Shown piece by piece: positions 39,423-49,162 of a stretch of DNA of 64,000 nt; the stretch's first letter is position 1, and the number at the start of each line of letters is the position of its first letter. Under the pieces are notes generated by a model, which did not search any database, was not told the DNA's origin, and saw only the letters and a list, made by a program, of their open reading frames with translations. This DNA comes from Elusimicrobiota bacterium (GTDB taxonomy: Bacteria > Elusimicrobiota > Elusimicrobia > Elusimicrobiales > UBA9959). The DNA lies in contig JAINCQ010000017.1 in assembly GCA_036574205.1 (NCBI GenBank), positions 1 to 64,000 of the forward strand, written 5' to 3'. The position numbers were made by a program, and so were the translations under genes.

Positions 39423-40421
39423 ATGACCGAAGTTATTTCTCATATTTATAAAATTACGGTTGTTATAGTTACCTATGGGAATAGATGGAATTATTTATCT
39501 CAAGCTTTAAATTCTGTTAAGGATAATCAACTTGTAAGCGATATTATCGTGGTTGATAATGGTTCTAAAGTGGATATAGGTAATTTATGTAAGTCAATTA
39601 ACTCAGATAAGATTTGTGTTATAAGGCTTGAAAAAAATACTGGTTCTGCGGGTGGTTTTTATGTTGGAATTAAAACTGCATATGAAAAAGGGAAGGGGGA
39701 TTTCATATTTTTACTTGATGATGATAATGTGGTAGAGGAAAACTGCTTTGAAAATCTTATTTCCTGGTATATAAAACTTGGAAATAACCCTAAAAATTGT
39801 TTAAAGGCATTTAAGTATAATAATAAATCTGATGTTTTATTAATGACGAATTATCCTTATTTAGAGGCTTATAATTCGTTTTCGAACTTTCATATTTTAA
39901 ATAAAATAAAAGAAATTTTTTTAAAACCAAAAATTCAAAGTTGTATTAAAGTCAGAGCAGTTGCATATAGTGGATTTATGTTTCATAAAAGTGTAGTAGA
40001 TGAAGTTGGATATCCTAATAAAGATATGATTTTATATGGAGATGATACAGAATATTCTTTGAGATTTAAGAGTAGAGGATATGATATATTCCTTATTTTA
40101 GATGCTAGACTGAAAGATCTTGAAATTTCTTGGTGTAACAAAAATATGAAAGGAAATTCGTATTTTTGGGGTGAGACAAATATAGTGAGAATGTTTTATT
40201 CACTTAGAAATAGGGTATATGTTGAAAAGAAGTACCTGGTTAAAAATAAATTAGTCTATTTTTTAAACTTTGCTATTTATTTTTTATGGCATGCTACTTC
40301 CACTCTTATTATCTATAAATTTGATAAGAGGGTATTTAAAAGAATATTACTTTTTCTAAAAGCTTGTAGAAAAGGCTGGAAAGGTGAGTTGAAAGAAGAA
40401 ATGAGTCTTGAAAATTTATAG
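39423..40421 (+). CDS. Glycosyltransferase family 2
   Basis: VVIVTY, VVDNGS, NTGSAGGF, LLDDDN, YGDDTEY. Confidence 0.85.
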   Translation: MTEVISHIYKITVVIVTYGNRWNYLSQALNSVKDNQLVSDIIVVDNGSKVDIGNLCKSINSDKICVIRLEKNTGSAGGFYVGIKTAYEKGKGDFIFLLDDDNVVEENCFENLISWYIKLGNNPKNCLKAFKYNNKSDVLLMTNYPYLEAYNSFSNFHILNKIKEIFLKPKIQSCIKVRAVAYSGFMFHKSVVDEVGYPNKDMILYGDDTEYSLRFKSRGYDIFLILDARLKDLEISWCNKNMKGNSYFWGETNIVRMFYSLRNRVYVEKKYLVKNKLVYFLNFAIYFLWHATSTLIIYKFDKRVFKRILLFLKACRKGWKGELKEEMSLENL

Positions 40422-40423
40422 AA

Positions 40424-41413
40424 ATGAAAATTCCAATATTGTTCATAGTTTTTAATAGATCTGATACTACACAAAGAGTGTTTGAGGAAATTAAAAAAGC
40501 AAGACCTTTGCGTTTATATATTGCATCCGATGGACCTAGAGAAGATAAAAAAGGTGAGGCGAAAATTGTTGAAAAAATACGCGAATATCTATTAAAAAAC
40601 ATAGATTGGAATTGTGAAGTAAAGACTTTTTTTGAAAATAAAAATTGGGGACCTATGAAATATGTTTCTATGGCAATTACTTGGTTTTTTGAAAATGAAG
40701 AAATGGGTATAATCCTTGAGCATGATTGTGTTCCTTCGCAAAGTTTTTTTAAGTTTTGTGAAGAATTACTTGTCTATTATAAGGATGATGATAAGGTGGG
40801 GATGATATTTGGATTTAATCCATTTTCAAATAGGATAAAAATTGATTCAAGTTTTTTCTTTTCTAAGTATGATATCATCTGGGGATGGGCTACATGGAGA
40901 AGGGTGTGGAAGCTTTATGATGTTGAGATTAAAAGCTGGATTGAAGATAAAAAAAGTGGTGTGCTTAACTCATTTTCTGATAACTATCTTGTTAGAAAAT
41001 ATTTTCAGTTAATATTTGACTTATATTACTACAAAGTTGAAAAAAGTTCATGGGATGCTCAATTTTCATATGTATTAATGAAACATAATATGTTAACAAT
41101 AGTACCTCAGAAAAACTTAATAAAGAATATTGGATATGGAAGTGAGGACGCTGTTCATACGATTGACAAAGCTCCTTCTTATATAGAAAACGCAGAGTTG
41201 GAAGAATTAAGATTTCCTATTGTTTATCCTTCAAATTATATAATATATAACAGATGGGAAAGATTAATAGAAAAGGTGCATCATAAAATAACCTTTTTCA
41301 AAATAGTTAAGTTATATTTGAAGCTTATTCTTGGAAAGTATGATTTATTTTTCATATATAAATTTTTCAGAGGAATATACAGAAAAGTTAAAAAATTTTT
41401 AAGTTTTAAATAA
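40424..41413 (+). CDS. Nucleotide-diphospho-sugar transferase (GT-A fold)
   Basis: PILFIVFNR, ASDGPR, IILEHDC, WGWATWRR, NLIKNIG. Confidence 0.75.
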   Translation: MKIPILFIVFNRSDTTQRVFEEIKKARPLRLYIASDGPREDKKGEAKIVEKIREYLLKNIDWNCEVKTFFENKNWGPMKYVSMAITWFFENEEMGIILEHDCVPSQSFFKFCEELLVYYKDDDKVGMIFGFNPFSNRIKIDSSFFFSKYDIIWGWATWRRVWKLYDVEIKSWIEDKKSGVLNSFSDNYLVRKYFQLIFDLYYYKVEKSSWDAQFSYVLMKHNMLTIVPQKNLIKNIGYGSEDAVHTIDKAPSYIENAELEELRFPIVYPSNYIIYNRWERLIEKVHHKITFFKIVKLYLKLILGKYDLFFIYKFFRGIYRKVKKFLSFK

Positions 41414-41444
41414 ATTTTGATTATATAAAAAAGTAGTTAAAGAT

Positions 41445-42593
41445 ATGATAAAAAGCCAGTTGAAAAAAGGTTATCTTATTCAAAATGAAAAAGTATTAAA
41501 GCTATTTAGATTTATTGATTTTTTAGGATATAAGTTGTTTAACTTTAATAGAAGATTTAGAGGATATGATTTAAATAATAAAAAGATACTTGTTTGTAAC
41601 ACTGCACATTTAGGAGATGTACTCCTATCATTAAGATTTGTTGAATTATTGAAAAGTAAATTTAATAATGTAAAAATATATTTTCTATGTGGTAGCTGGA
41701 GTTTAGCTCTTTTAGTTGACAATCCTTATATCGATGAGATAATAATCTATGATGAAGTTTTATTAAATAGAAATAGAATTTCAAAAATTAAAAAAATTAT
41801 GATTAATTTAATAGGTTTTGTTAAGGTATTAAAAAAAATTAGGGAAGAAAGAATTGATATAGCTTTTAATCTAAGAGCATATTTTAATACTACTAATTTT
41901 TTGTTATTATTAAGTGGTATTCCTATTAGAGTTGGTTATAAAACTGGAGGAATGGGGTTTCTTTTAACTAAAACTGAGGAGTGGATAGAAGGAGAACATG
42001 AAATAGAGCATCATTTAAGATTGTTAAAAGATTTTTTAAAAGAAGATTATCATAAATATTTATCTTATCCAGATATGGAATATATACTTAAAGAAGAAAA
42101 ATTAAAATATAAAATAGGAATTAATAAATACATCGTGATTAATATTTTTTCTGGAGAGGAAAGGAAAAAAATAAACGATAATAGTTTATGGATAGATTTA
42201 ATAAAGTATTTTGCAGATTTTTATGATGTATATTTAATTGGAACTTCTGATATAAAAGAAATTATAGAAAAGGGAATTGTTTCAAAGATAAATAGTAATA
42301 GAGTTTATAATATAGCTGGTAAAACTAATTTGTATGATGTGTTCTATTTGGTAAAGAATGCTGAATTTGTTGTTAGTGTTGACTCATTGATTTCGCATAT
42401 TTTAGGAATATATAATAAAAAGTCTCTTGTAATTTTTCATGGTAATAATGATTTTAACCAATGGCGGCCTTTAAGTGAAAATATTATGATTTACAGGAAG
42501 CAACTTTCGTGTTCTCCATGTTTTTTTAAAATAAGTTGTAATGATGAATGTTTTCAAATAAAATTTGATGAAATAAAGGATTTACTAAAATGA
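41445..42593 (+). CDS. Glycosyltransferase family 9
   Basis: HLGDVLL, NPYIDE, AGKTNL, VDSLISH, QWRP, CSPC. Confidence 0.82.
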   Translation: MIKSQLKKGYLIQNEKVLKLFRFIDFLGYKLFNFNRRFRGYDLNNKKILVCNTAHLGDVLLSLRFVELLKSKFNNVKIYFLCGSWSLALLVDNPYIDEIIIYDEVLLNRNRISKIKKIMINLIGFVKVLKKIREERIDIAFNLRAYFNTTNFLLLLSGIPIRVGYKTGGMGFLLTKTEEWIEGEHEIEHHLRLLKDFLKEDYHKYLSYPDMEYILKEEKLKYKIGINKYIVINIFSGEERKKINDNSLWIDLIKYFADFYDVYLIGTSDIKEIIEKGIVSKINSNRVYNIAGKTNLYDVFYLVKNAEFVVSVDSLISHILGIYNKKSLVIFHGNNDFNQWRPLSENIMIYRKQLSCSPCFFKISCNDECFQIKFDEIKDLLK

Positions 42594-42649
42594 TTTGTAA
42601 TAAACTTTATTTTAAAGAAATTTTATGAATTAAGTAGGGAGAATAAAAT

Positions 42650-44020
42650 ATGCTTTCATCAAAAGACAACTTTCAAAAGTTTATTTCTTGGTTGAGTTTT
42701 GCTTGTTTATTTTTATTATTTGTGCCAGGTTTATGGCCTCAAATTTCAATGTTTTTATTTGGTGGAAAAGTTGTTTTTCCAAACGTATTTTTCAAGTTTA
42801 TTTTAATACTAATAGTATTCGTAAGTTTTCTGATTAGAAAAAAGCTAATACAGGAGTTAATACCTACATATATCTTGTTGTTAATTTATCTTTTTGGAGA
42901 ATTTTTATATTTTAGTTTTTATCTAAAATATGATTTTAATTTCATTTTATTCGGTTACAATATATACTACTTTTTTATTTTTTTGTTTCCATTTTTTATT
43001 TCTGTTAGATATATTAATGAAAAAAATATAATAATGATATTTTTAATTACTTCAGTTCCAATATATGTACTTGCTTTATTGCAACATTTTTTAAACTCAA
43101 ATATTATTCCTGTTCGTTCAATTGATGGATATTATGACGCACTTGTCTGGAGTTTTTATGGAAAAATAAGAGCTTATTCCTTTTTTGGCGTTTCATTATT
43201 ATTGGCGATTTTTAGCACATTGGTTTCATTACTTTGTTTTAAGTTCTATTTAACTCAGAAGGATAGCATAAAAAAGATTTTATTTTTAGTAATGTTTTTA
43301 ATTTCTATTTTTGTAGTCTATATTACCTACTCAAGAACAGGTTATTTGATTTTCATTGGGAGCTTTATTTCATTCATTTTGTTTGAAAAAAGTAATAATT
43401 ATAAGTTTTTAAACTATTTACCTGTTTTTTACTTTCTTATTGGTTTGGTATTAGTTTTAAGTCTTTATTTTTTAAACTATCATAAATTAAATGAGCAACA
43501 AAGTATTCTATATAAACAGAAAATGGAGGAAAATTTAGGTGTAACTGGGATGAAATTTAAAAAATATTATAGTTCTTCTACTATTAGTTATGCTGAATTA
43601 ATAGATAAAACTCCCATATCTTTACAAAAAGGATCTGCCCCTGTTCTTGCTTCGGATAGTTTTGTTATGCGTGTTATAAGCTGGAAAATAGCTATTGATC
43701 TCATTTTTAATAGCTGGAAAAGTTTTTTATTTGGACAGGGGATATATTATAGCAGACATATAAATATGGCAGAATATGCTTGTGATAATCTTTATATTGA
43801 TATTTTACTACATACAGGAATTATTGGTTTAATTTTATTTTTTGCTTTTTTATGGCAAACATATAAATATTTAATAAAATTATATGATAATTCTTTATTT
43901 AGAAGTGTTATAATTTCTTTTTTTTCCACTCTACCACTTTCTAATTTTACCAGTAATATTATTTTTGTATACCTGAATATTGTTTTATTTTTGTTTTTGT
44001 CTGATAATAATATGGAGTAA
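42650..44020 (+). CDS. O-antigen ligase/polymerase (Wzy_C-like) membrane protein
   Basis: About 11 TMs, TYSRTG, periplasmic loop, LFGQG...DNLYIDILLHTGIIG. Confidence 0.7.
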   Translation: MLSSKDNFQKFISWLSFACLFLLFVPGLWPQISMFLFGGKVVFPNVFFKFILILIVFVSFLIRKKLIQELIPTYILLLIYLFGEFLYFSFYLKYDFNFILFGYNIYYFFIFLFPFFISVRYINEKNIIMIFLITSVPIYVLALLQHFLNSNIIPVRSIDGYYDALVWSFYGKIRAYSFFGVSLLLAIFSTLVSLLCFKFYLTQKDSIKKILFLVMFLISIFVVYITYSRTGYLIFIGSFISFILFEKSNNYKFLNYLPVFYFLIGLVLVLSLYFLNYHKLNEQQSILYKQKMEENLGVTGMKFKKYYSSSTISYAELIDKTPISLQKGSAPVLASDSFVMRVISWKIAIDLIFNSWKSFLFGQGIYYSRHINMAEYACDNLYIDILLHTGIIGLILFFAFLWQTYKYLIKLYDNSLFRSVIISFFSTLPLSNFTSNIIFVYLNIVLFLFLSDNNME

Positions 44021-44075
44021 ATATGTTTTTATATATAATGGAAGCTTTTGGTTTGAGTAATACATAAACATAAAT

Positions 44076-45128
44076 ATGAAAATTGTAATTGATTGTAGAA
44101 TGATAGCTTCTTCTGGAATAGGCAGCTATATTGTAAATATAGTTCCTTTTATAATAAATAAGTTTAAAGTTTATCTACTGGGAGATCGAGAAAAAATTAG
44201 AAAATTTTTATCAGTTGAGGATGAAAAAATAATTGATTTTAATACTAATATATATACTTTAACTGAACAGTTACTATACCCTGTAAAAATTTATTCTTGT
44301 GATATTTTTTGGTCACCTCATTATAATATCCCTCTTTTACCAATAAAAGCTAAAAAATTAATGGTTACAATACATGATGTATATCATCTTGCCTTTAAAA
44401 ACACTTTGACTTTAAAACAGAAATTATATGCTGATCTTATGTTTTATGTAGCTACAAGAAAACCAGATATAATTTTAACTGATTCTAATTTTTCAAAAAA
44501 AGAAATTATAAAATATACAAAAACATCAAAAAACATAGAAGTTGTATATAACGCTGTTGATGAAAAGTTATTTTTTAGTTCTGATAATGTAAGTAAAGAA
44601 GATTATATTTTATATGTTGGAAATATAAAACCTCATAAAAATTTAATAAGAGCATTAGAAGCCTTTTCTTTAATTAAAAATAGTAAGTTAAAATTTAAAA
44701 TAGTAGGAAAATATGAGAATTTTATTACTTTTGATAAAAAGGCAATTGAGAAAATAAATAATAATAGTGAAAGGGTAGAACTTACAGGATATGTTGATAA
44801 TGATAAATTAAGATACCTATATCAAAAAGCAAAACTACTATTATTTCCTTCATTATATGAAGGTTTTGGATTACCTCCACTTGAAGCAATGGCTTGCGGT
44901 TGTCCATGTGTGGTTTCAAATGTTGCAAGCTTGCCTGAAGTTTGTGGGGATGCTGCTTATTATGTTGACCCTTACAGTGTTGAAAATATAGCTGAAGGTA
45001 TTGAGAAAGTTTTAGCTGATGAAAGTTTAAGGCAGGATTTAATAAGAAAAGGATTTGAAAATATAAAAAGATTTTCCTGGGAAAAATCAGCAAATAAGAT
45101 TATAGAGATTATAGAAAGTTTAAAATGA
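44076..45128 (+). CDS. Glycosyltransferase family 4
   Basis: [38 protein letters not shown]. Confidence 0.9.
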   Translation: MKIVIDCRMIASSGIGSYIVNIVPFIINKFKVYLLGDREKIRKFLSVEDEKIIDFNTNIYTLTEQLLYPVKIYSCDIFWSPHYNIPLLPIKAKKLMVTIHDVYHLAFKNTLTLKQKLYADLMFYVATRKPDIILTDSNFSKKEIIKYTKTSKNIEVVYNAVDEKLFFSSDNVSKEDYILYVGNIKPHKNLIRALEAFSLIKNSKLKFKIVGKYENFITFDKKAIEKINNNSERVELTGYVDNDKLRYLYQKAKLLLFPSLYEGFGLPPLEAMACGCPCVVSNVASLPEVCGDAAYYVDPYSVENIAEGIEKVLADESLRQDLIRKGFENIKRFSWEKSANKIIEIIESLK

Positions 45129-45266
45129 AAGATTAATTGTATAGTGTGTGTTTTTAATTATTAGAAAATGAAGTTGTATTATCTATTTTTAAGCAGTTTT
45201 AGGTGTAGTTTTTGAGGATATGATGAAGTGTTATTTCCAAAAAAAGGCTAAATCTATATATTGTTA

Positions 45267-45313
45267 AATATTTAAGGATTATTAATCCATAAATATTGAC
45301 TATTTTGTATAAT
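45267..45313 (+). promoter_or_regulatory. Palindromic operator and leaderless-type promoter of ATPase 1
   Basis: AATATTTAAGGATTA-T-TAATCCATAAATATT (15-bp arms, 1 mismatch); TATAAT 45308-45313 lies 6 nt before the ATG. Confidence 0.5.
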
Positions 45314-45319
45314 TTAGTT

Positions 45320-46444
45320 ATGTTAGAAAGAATACTTTATGGAAGTATAGAAAAATATTTAGATAGATATAATGTTGTTATTGTGATAGGCCCAAGGCAG
45401 GTTGGGAAAACTACACTTGTTAAAGAATATTTAAGCAAGTCTGCTTTAAGGTCTAAATATGTTAGTGGTGATGATATAAGAATAGTAGAAATCTTTTCTT
45501 CAAGAAATCTTGATAAAATAAAGGAGCTTATTTCAGGTTATGATTTGATTGTAATAGATGAAGCACAAAGAATTAAAGATATAGGTGTAAGTATAAAACT
45601 TGCTGTAGATAACTTAGAAAAAATAAAGTTTATCCTTACTGGTTCATCATCTTTTGAATTAATGGGAGAAATAGGTGAGCCATTGTTAGGGAGAAAAAAA
45701 ACTTTAAATCTTTTTCCTTTTTCTACTAAAGAAGTGAATTCTTATTTAAATAATTTTGAAATTAAGGAAAAACTGAATGATTTTTTAGTATTTGGTCTTT
45801 ATCCAAGAGTTGTGTTGTGTAATGATAAAAAGGATAAAATAGAAATAATAAATGAAATTGTTAATTCTTATTTACTTAAAGATGTATTTCAGTTTGAGGG
45901 AATAAAAAAATCTAATGTGATATTAAAAATGTTAAGACTGCTTGTTTTTCAAATTGGCTTTGAAGTCTCTTTAAATGAAATAGCAAATAATTGTGATGTG
46001 GATGTTAAGACTGTTAAAAGATATATAGATTTGCTTGAAAAAAATTTTGTTTTGTATGAACTTGGCGCTTTTGCTAAAAATCAAAGGAAAGAAATAACAA
46101 CCAAGAAAAAATATTACTTTTATGATAATGGAGTTATTAATTCGCTAATTTCTAATTTCAATGATTTGGAGTTAAGGGAAGATTCAGGTAGATTATGGGA
46201 GAATTTTGTTTTTATGGAAAGATTAAAGAAAAATTCCTATAATGAAGAATATGTGAATTCATATTTTTGGCGGGTTAGAGGAGGTAAAGAGATAGATTTG
46301 GTTGAAGAAAAAGATGGTAAAGTTAATGGATATGAGTTTAAATTTACAGAAACTAAAATAAAAAAAATAAAAGACTGGGAGGAAACATATAAATCTCAGG
46401 TGAAAATAATAAATAAGGATAATTTTTTAAGTTTTGTAACTTAA
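45320..46444 (+). CDS. AAA_14 ATPase with DUF4143 and PD-(D/E)xK-like C-terminus, copy 1
   Basis: GPRQVGKT, IDEAQ, LTGSS, LLGR, KYYFYDNG, LWENFV, EIDLV...YEFK; start moved to ATG 45320. Confidence 0.88.
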   Translation: MLERILYGSIEKYLDRYNVVIVIGPRQVGKTTLVKEYLSKSALRSKYVSGDDIRIVEIFSSRNLDKIKELISGYDLIVIDEAQRIKDIGVSIKLAVDNLEKIKFILTGSSSFELMGEIGEPLLGRKKTLNLFPFSTKEVNSYLNNFEIKEKLNDFLVFGLYPRVVLCNDKKDKIEIINEIVNSYLLKDVFQFEGIKKSNVILKMLRLLVFQIGFEVSLNEIANNCDVDVKTVKRYIDLLEKNFVLYELGAFAKNQRKEITTKKKYYFYDNGVINSLISNFNDLELREDSGRLWENFVFMERLKKNSYNEEYVNSYFWRVRGGKEIDLVEEKDGKVNGYEFKFTETKIKKIKDWEETYKSQVKIINKDNFLSFVT

Positions 46445-46477
46445 ACTTTAAGGATTTATGTTAAAAAATAAGAGAAG

Positions 46478-46516
46478 TTATGAAAATAGCAATTGTGATG
46501 AGTGGTTTGTGACTTA
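46478..46516 (+). repeat. Degenerate duplicate of the 5' end of the GT4 gene at 47989
   Basis: About 36/40 match to 47987-48026, including 20 identical nt TTATGAAAATAGCAATTGTG. Confidence 0.8.
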
Positions 46517-46619
46517 TTGAAGGGTGGGAAGTGTATCGTTTTAGTTAAAGCGGTCTTATATTGAGTTTACCTTTTGCAATTATTATGATATATTTTAGGT
46601 AGGATCATTTGGAATATTA

Positions 46620-46686
46620 TGGAAGTATTATTTCCAGAAATGGGCTAAAAATGGAATTTGTATTTCCAGAAAATACTTGATATAAT
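46620..46686 (+). promoter_or_regulatory. Tandem operators and leaderless-type extended -10 promoter of ATPase 2
   Basis: TGGAA-N7-TTCCA at 46620-46636 and 46652-46668; TGaTATAAT 46678-46686, 6 nt before the ATG. Confidence 0.6.
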
Positions 46687-46692
46687 ATAAGT

Positions 46693-47847
46693 ATGAAAAT
46701 AATAGATAGATATTTATCTCCGTTAAAAGAAAGTTTTTTCCTTTTTGGTCCTCGTGGAACCGGTAAATCTTTATGGGTAAAAAAAGAATTTCCTCAGGCT
46801 CTTTATATAGACTTTCTTGAACCTCAGGTTTTCAGGAGTTATTCCGCTTATCCAGAACGTTTAAAGGAAATTGTTTATGCTTATCCAGATAAAAAGGATA
46901 TTGTGCTTGATGAAATTCAAAAGGTTCCGCAGGTTCTTTCAGTCGTTCATTCGCTTATAGAGGAGAAAAGGGGGTTACGTTTTATATTGACTGGATCAAG
47001 TTCAAGAAAGATAAAAAAAACAGGAGAAGATTTGCTTGGTGGACGAGCAGTAAAACTGGCTATGCATCCGTTTATGGCATCTGAGGTTGGTAATTATTTT
47101 TCTCTTGAAAAAGCTTTGATTAATGGACTTGTGCCACTTGTATTTTTTTCAAAAGATCCAGAAAAAAACCTTGAAGGATATATAACACTTTATATAAAAG
47201 AGGAGGTTCAGGCAGAGGCTTTAGTAAGAAATATCCCTGCTTTTTCAAGATTTATGGAAGCTGTAACTTTCTCTCACGGATCTGTTTTAAATGTTAGCGC
47301 CATTTCAAGGGAATGTCTGGTAGAAAGAAAAACTGTGGATGGTTATCTTAAAATTCTGGAAGATTTACTTTTAGGTTTTCAGGTTGAAATTTTTTCAAAA
47401 AGAGCCAAACGTAAACTTATAGAACACTCTAAATTTTATCTTTTTGATACAGGGGTTTTCAGGGCTTTGCGCCCTAAAGGTCCACTTGACCGTCCAGAAG
47501 AAATAGATGGTGTTGCGCTGGAAGGACTTGTGGCACAAAATTTGCGGGCATGGATAGATTATCGTGGTAAAAATAACAGGCTTTATTATTGGCGTACACC
47601 TAAGGGTGTGGAGGTGGATTTTGTGATTTATGGCGAGGATGGTTTGTACGCAATTGAAGTTAAAAATTCAGCCAGGATATATCCAGAGTTTCTCAAAGGA
47701 CTTAAATCTTTTAAAGAAGATTATCCGCAAGCACAATGCCTCTTATTATATAGAGGAAAGGAACATATCAGGAAAGATAATATATTATGTCTTCCATGTG
47801 ATTATTTTCTATCTAAGCTTAAACCTGATAAAAATATTTTAGAATAG
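46693..47847 (+). CDS. AAA_14 ATPase with DUF4143 and PD-(D/E)xK-like C-terminus, copy 2
   Basis: GPRGTGKS, LDEIQK, LTGSS, LLGGRA, KFYLFDTG, YYWRT..EVDFV...IEVK. Confidence 0.88.
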   Translation: MKIIDRYLSPLKESFFLFGPRGTGKSLWVKKEFPQALYIDFLEPQVFRSYSAYPERLKEIVYAYPDKKDIVLDEIQKVPQVLSVVHSLIEEKRGLRFILTGSSSRKIKKTGEDLLGGRAVKLAMHPFMASEVGNYFSLEKALINGLVPLVFFSKDPEKNLEGYITLYIKEEVQAEALVRNIPAFSRFMEAVTFSHGSVLNVSAISRECLVERKTVDGYLKILEDLLLGFQVEIFSKRAKRKLIEHSKFYLFDTGVFRALRPKGPLDRPEEIDGVALEGLVAQNLRAWIDYRGKNNRLYYWRTPKGVEVDFVIYGEDGLYAIEVKNSARIYPEFLKGLKSFKEDYPQAQCLLLYRGKEHIRKDNILCLPCDYFLSKLKPDKNILE

Positions 47848-47876
47848 ATATTTATTGTGGATTATGATTATAAAGA

Positions 47877-47981
47877 TAGATTATGGGAGAATTTTATTTT
47901 TATGGAAAGATTGAATAAAAAGGTGGGAAAATCAATGGATATGAATTTAAATTTAGGGAGACTAAAATTAAAAAAATAAAA
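47877..47981 (+). pseudogene. Remnant of the 3' part of an ATPase-1-like gene
   Basis: 47877-47912 matches 46189-46224 (35/36); 47917-47981 matches 46308-46372 (about 56/65); the intervening part is deleted. Confidence 0.8.
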
Positions 47982-47988
47982 CCAGATT

Positions 47989-49086
47989 ATGAAAATAGCA
48001 ATTGTGCATGACTGGCTTGTAACTTACGCTGGCGCGGAAAGGGTATTAGAGCAAATTGTAGATATTTATCCAGATGCTGATCTTTTTAGTCTCATTGATT
48101 TTTTACCTGAAAATAAAAGATTTTTTATTAAAAATAAAAAAGTTAAGACTTCTTTTATTCAATATATGCCATTTGCTAAAACTAAATATCGTTCTTATCT
48201 TCCATTATTCCCAACTGCAGTGGAAAGTTTTGATTTGTCTGAATATGATTTAGTGATTTCTTCATCACATTGCGTTGCTAAAGGTGCTAAAGTCCCTGAA
48301 AATGCTTTAAGTATTTGTTATTTTCATACTCCAGTTCGATATGTCTGGGATATGAGGGAACAATATTTAATTGAATCAAATTTAGACAGGGGCATAAAAA
48401 GAATAGTTGCAGATTTTATACTTGATTATATTAAAAGATGGGATATAAAAACAATAAATAATTTTAAGTACTATATAGCAAACTCTAATTACATAAAGCA
48501 GAGGATATTGAACAACTATAAAAGGGAATCTTTCGTTATATATCCTCCAGTGGATATTGAAAAATTTAAACTTTGTGATAAAAAAGAAGATTATTATCTT
48601 ACTGCATCAAGAATGGTACCGTATAAAAAAATAGATTTAATTGTTAAAGCTTTTTCAAATATGCCTGATAAAAAATTGGTGGTTATTGGAGATGGTCCTG
48701 ATTTTGATAAAGTTAAAAAAGTAGCATCTAAAAATATTGAATTATTGGGTTGGCAGGAAGATAATGTATTAAAAGATTATTTGTCTAAAGCTAAAGCTTT
48801 TATCTTTGCAGCTGAAGAAGATTTTGGTATATTACCTGTAGAGGCACAAGCTTGTGGAACACCAGTAATTGCTTATGGTAAAGGGGGGGCGTTGGAAACA
48901 GTTGTGGAAATGGTATCTGGCATCTTTTTTAATGAGCAAAGTGTCGTTTCTATTATCAATGCTGTAAATCGTTTTGAGAAAATGTCTTTTAATTATAAAA
49001 AAATTAGAGAAAATGCAGAAAGATTTTCAATAGAAAGATTTAAAAAAGAGTTTAAAGAGTTTGTAGATAATTGTATGAAATTTTGA
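47989..49086 (+). CDS. Glycosyltransferase family 4 (WbaZ-like mannosyltransferase)
   Basis: VHDWL...GAERVL, YFHTPVRY, YPPVD, EEDFGILPVEAQACG. Confidence 0.88.
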   Translation: MKIAIVHDWLVTYAGAERVLEQIVDIYPDADLFSLIDFLPENKRFFIKNKKVKTSFIQYMPFAKTKYRSYLPLFPTAVESFDLSEYDLVISSSHCVAKGAKVPENALSICYFHTPVRYVWDMREQYLIESNLDRGIKRIVADFILDYIKRWDIKTINNFKYYIANSNYIKQRILNNYKRESFVIYPPVDIEKFKLCDKKEDYYLTASRMVPYKKIDLIVKAFSNMPDKKLVVIGDGPDFDKVKKVASKNIELLGWQEDNVLKDYLSKAKAFIFAAEEDFGILPVEAQACGTPVIAYGKGGALETVVEMVSGIFFNEQSVVSIINAVNRFEKMSFNYKKIRENAERFSIERFKKEFKEFVDNCMKF

Positions 49087-49162
49087 ATTGATTTGATGTA
49101 AAAATAGTTATGATATTTTTTAGAAAATTTTATATGTAATCTGTAAGTGTTTGGAGATTAAA

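Noticed and set aside
45125..45140. ATGAAAGATTAATTGT as a third, older copy of the GT4 start overlapping the 45128 stop
   Set aside because: Similarity is too short and AT-rich to support on its own.
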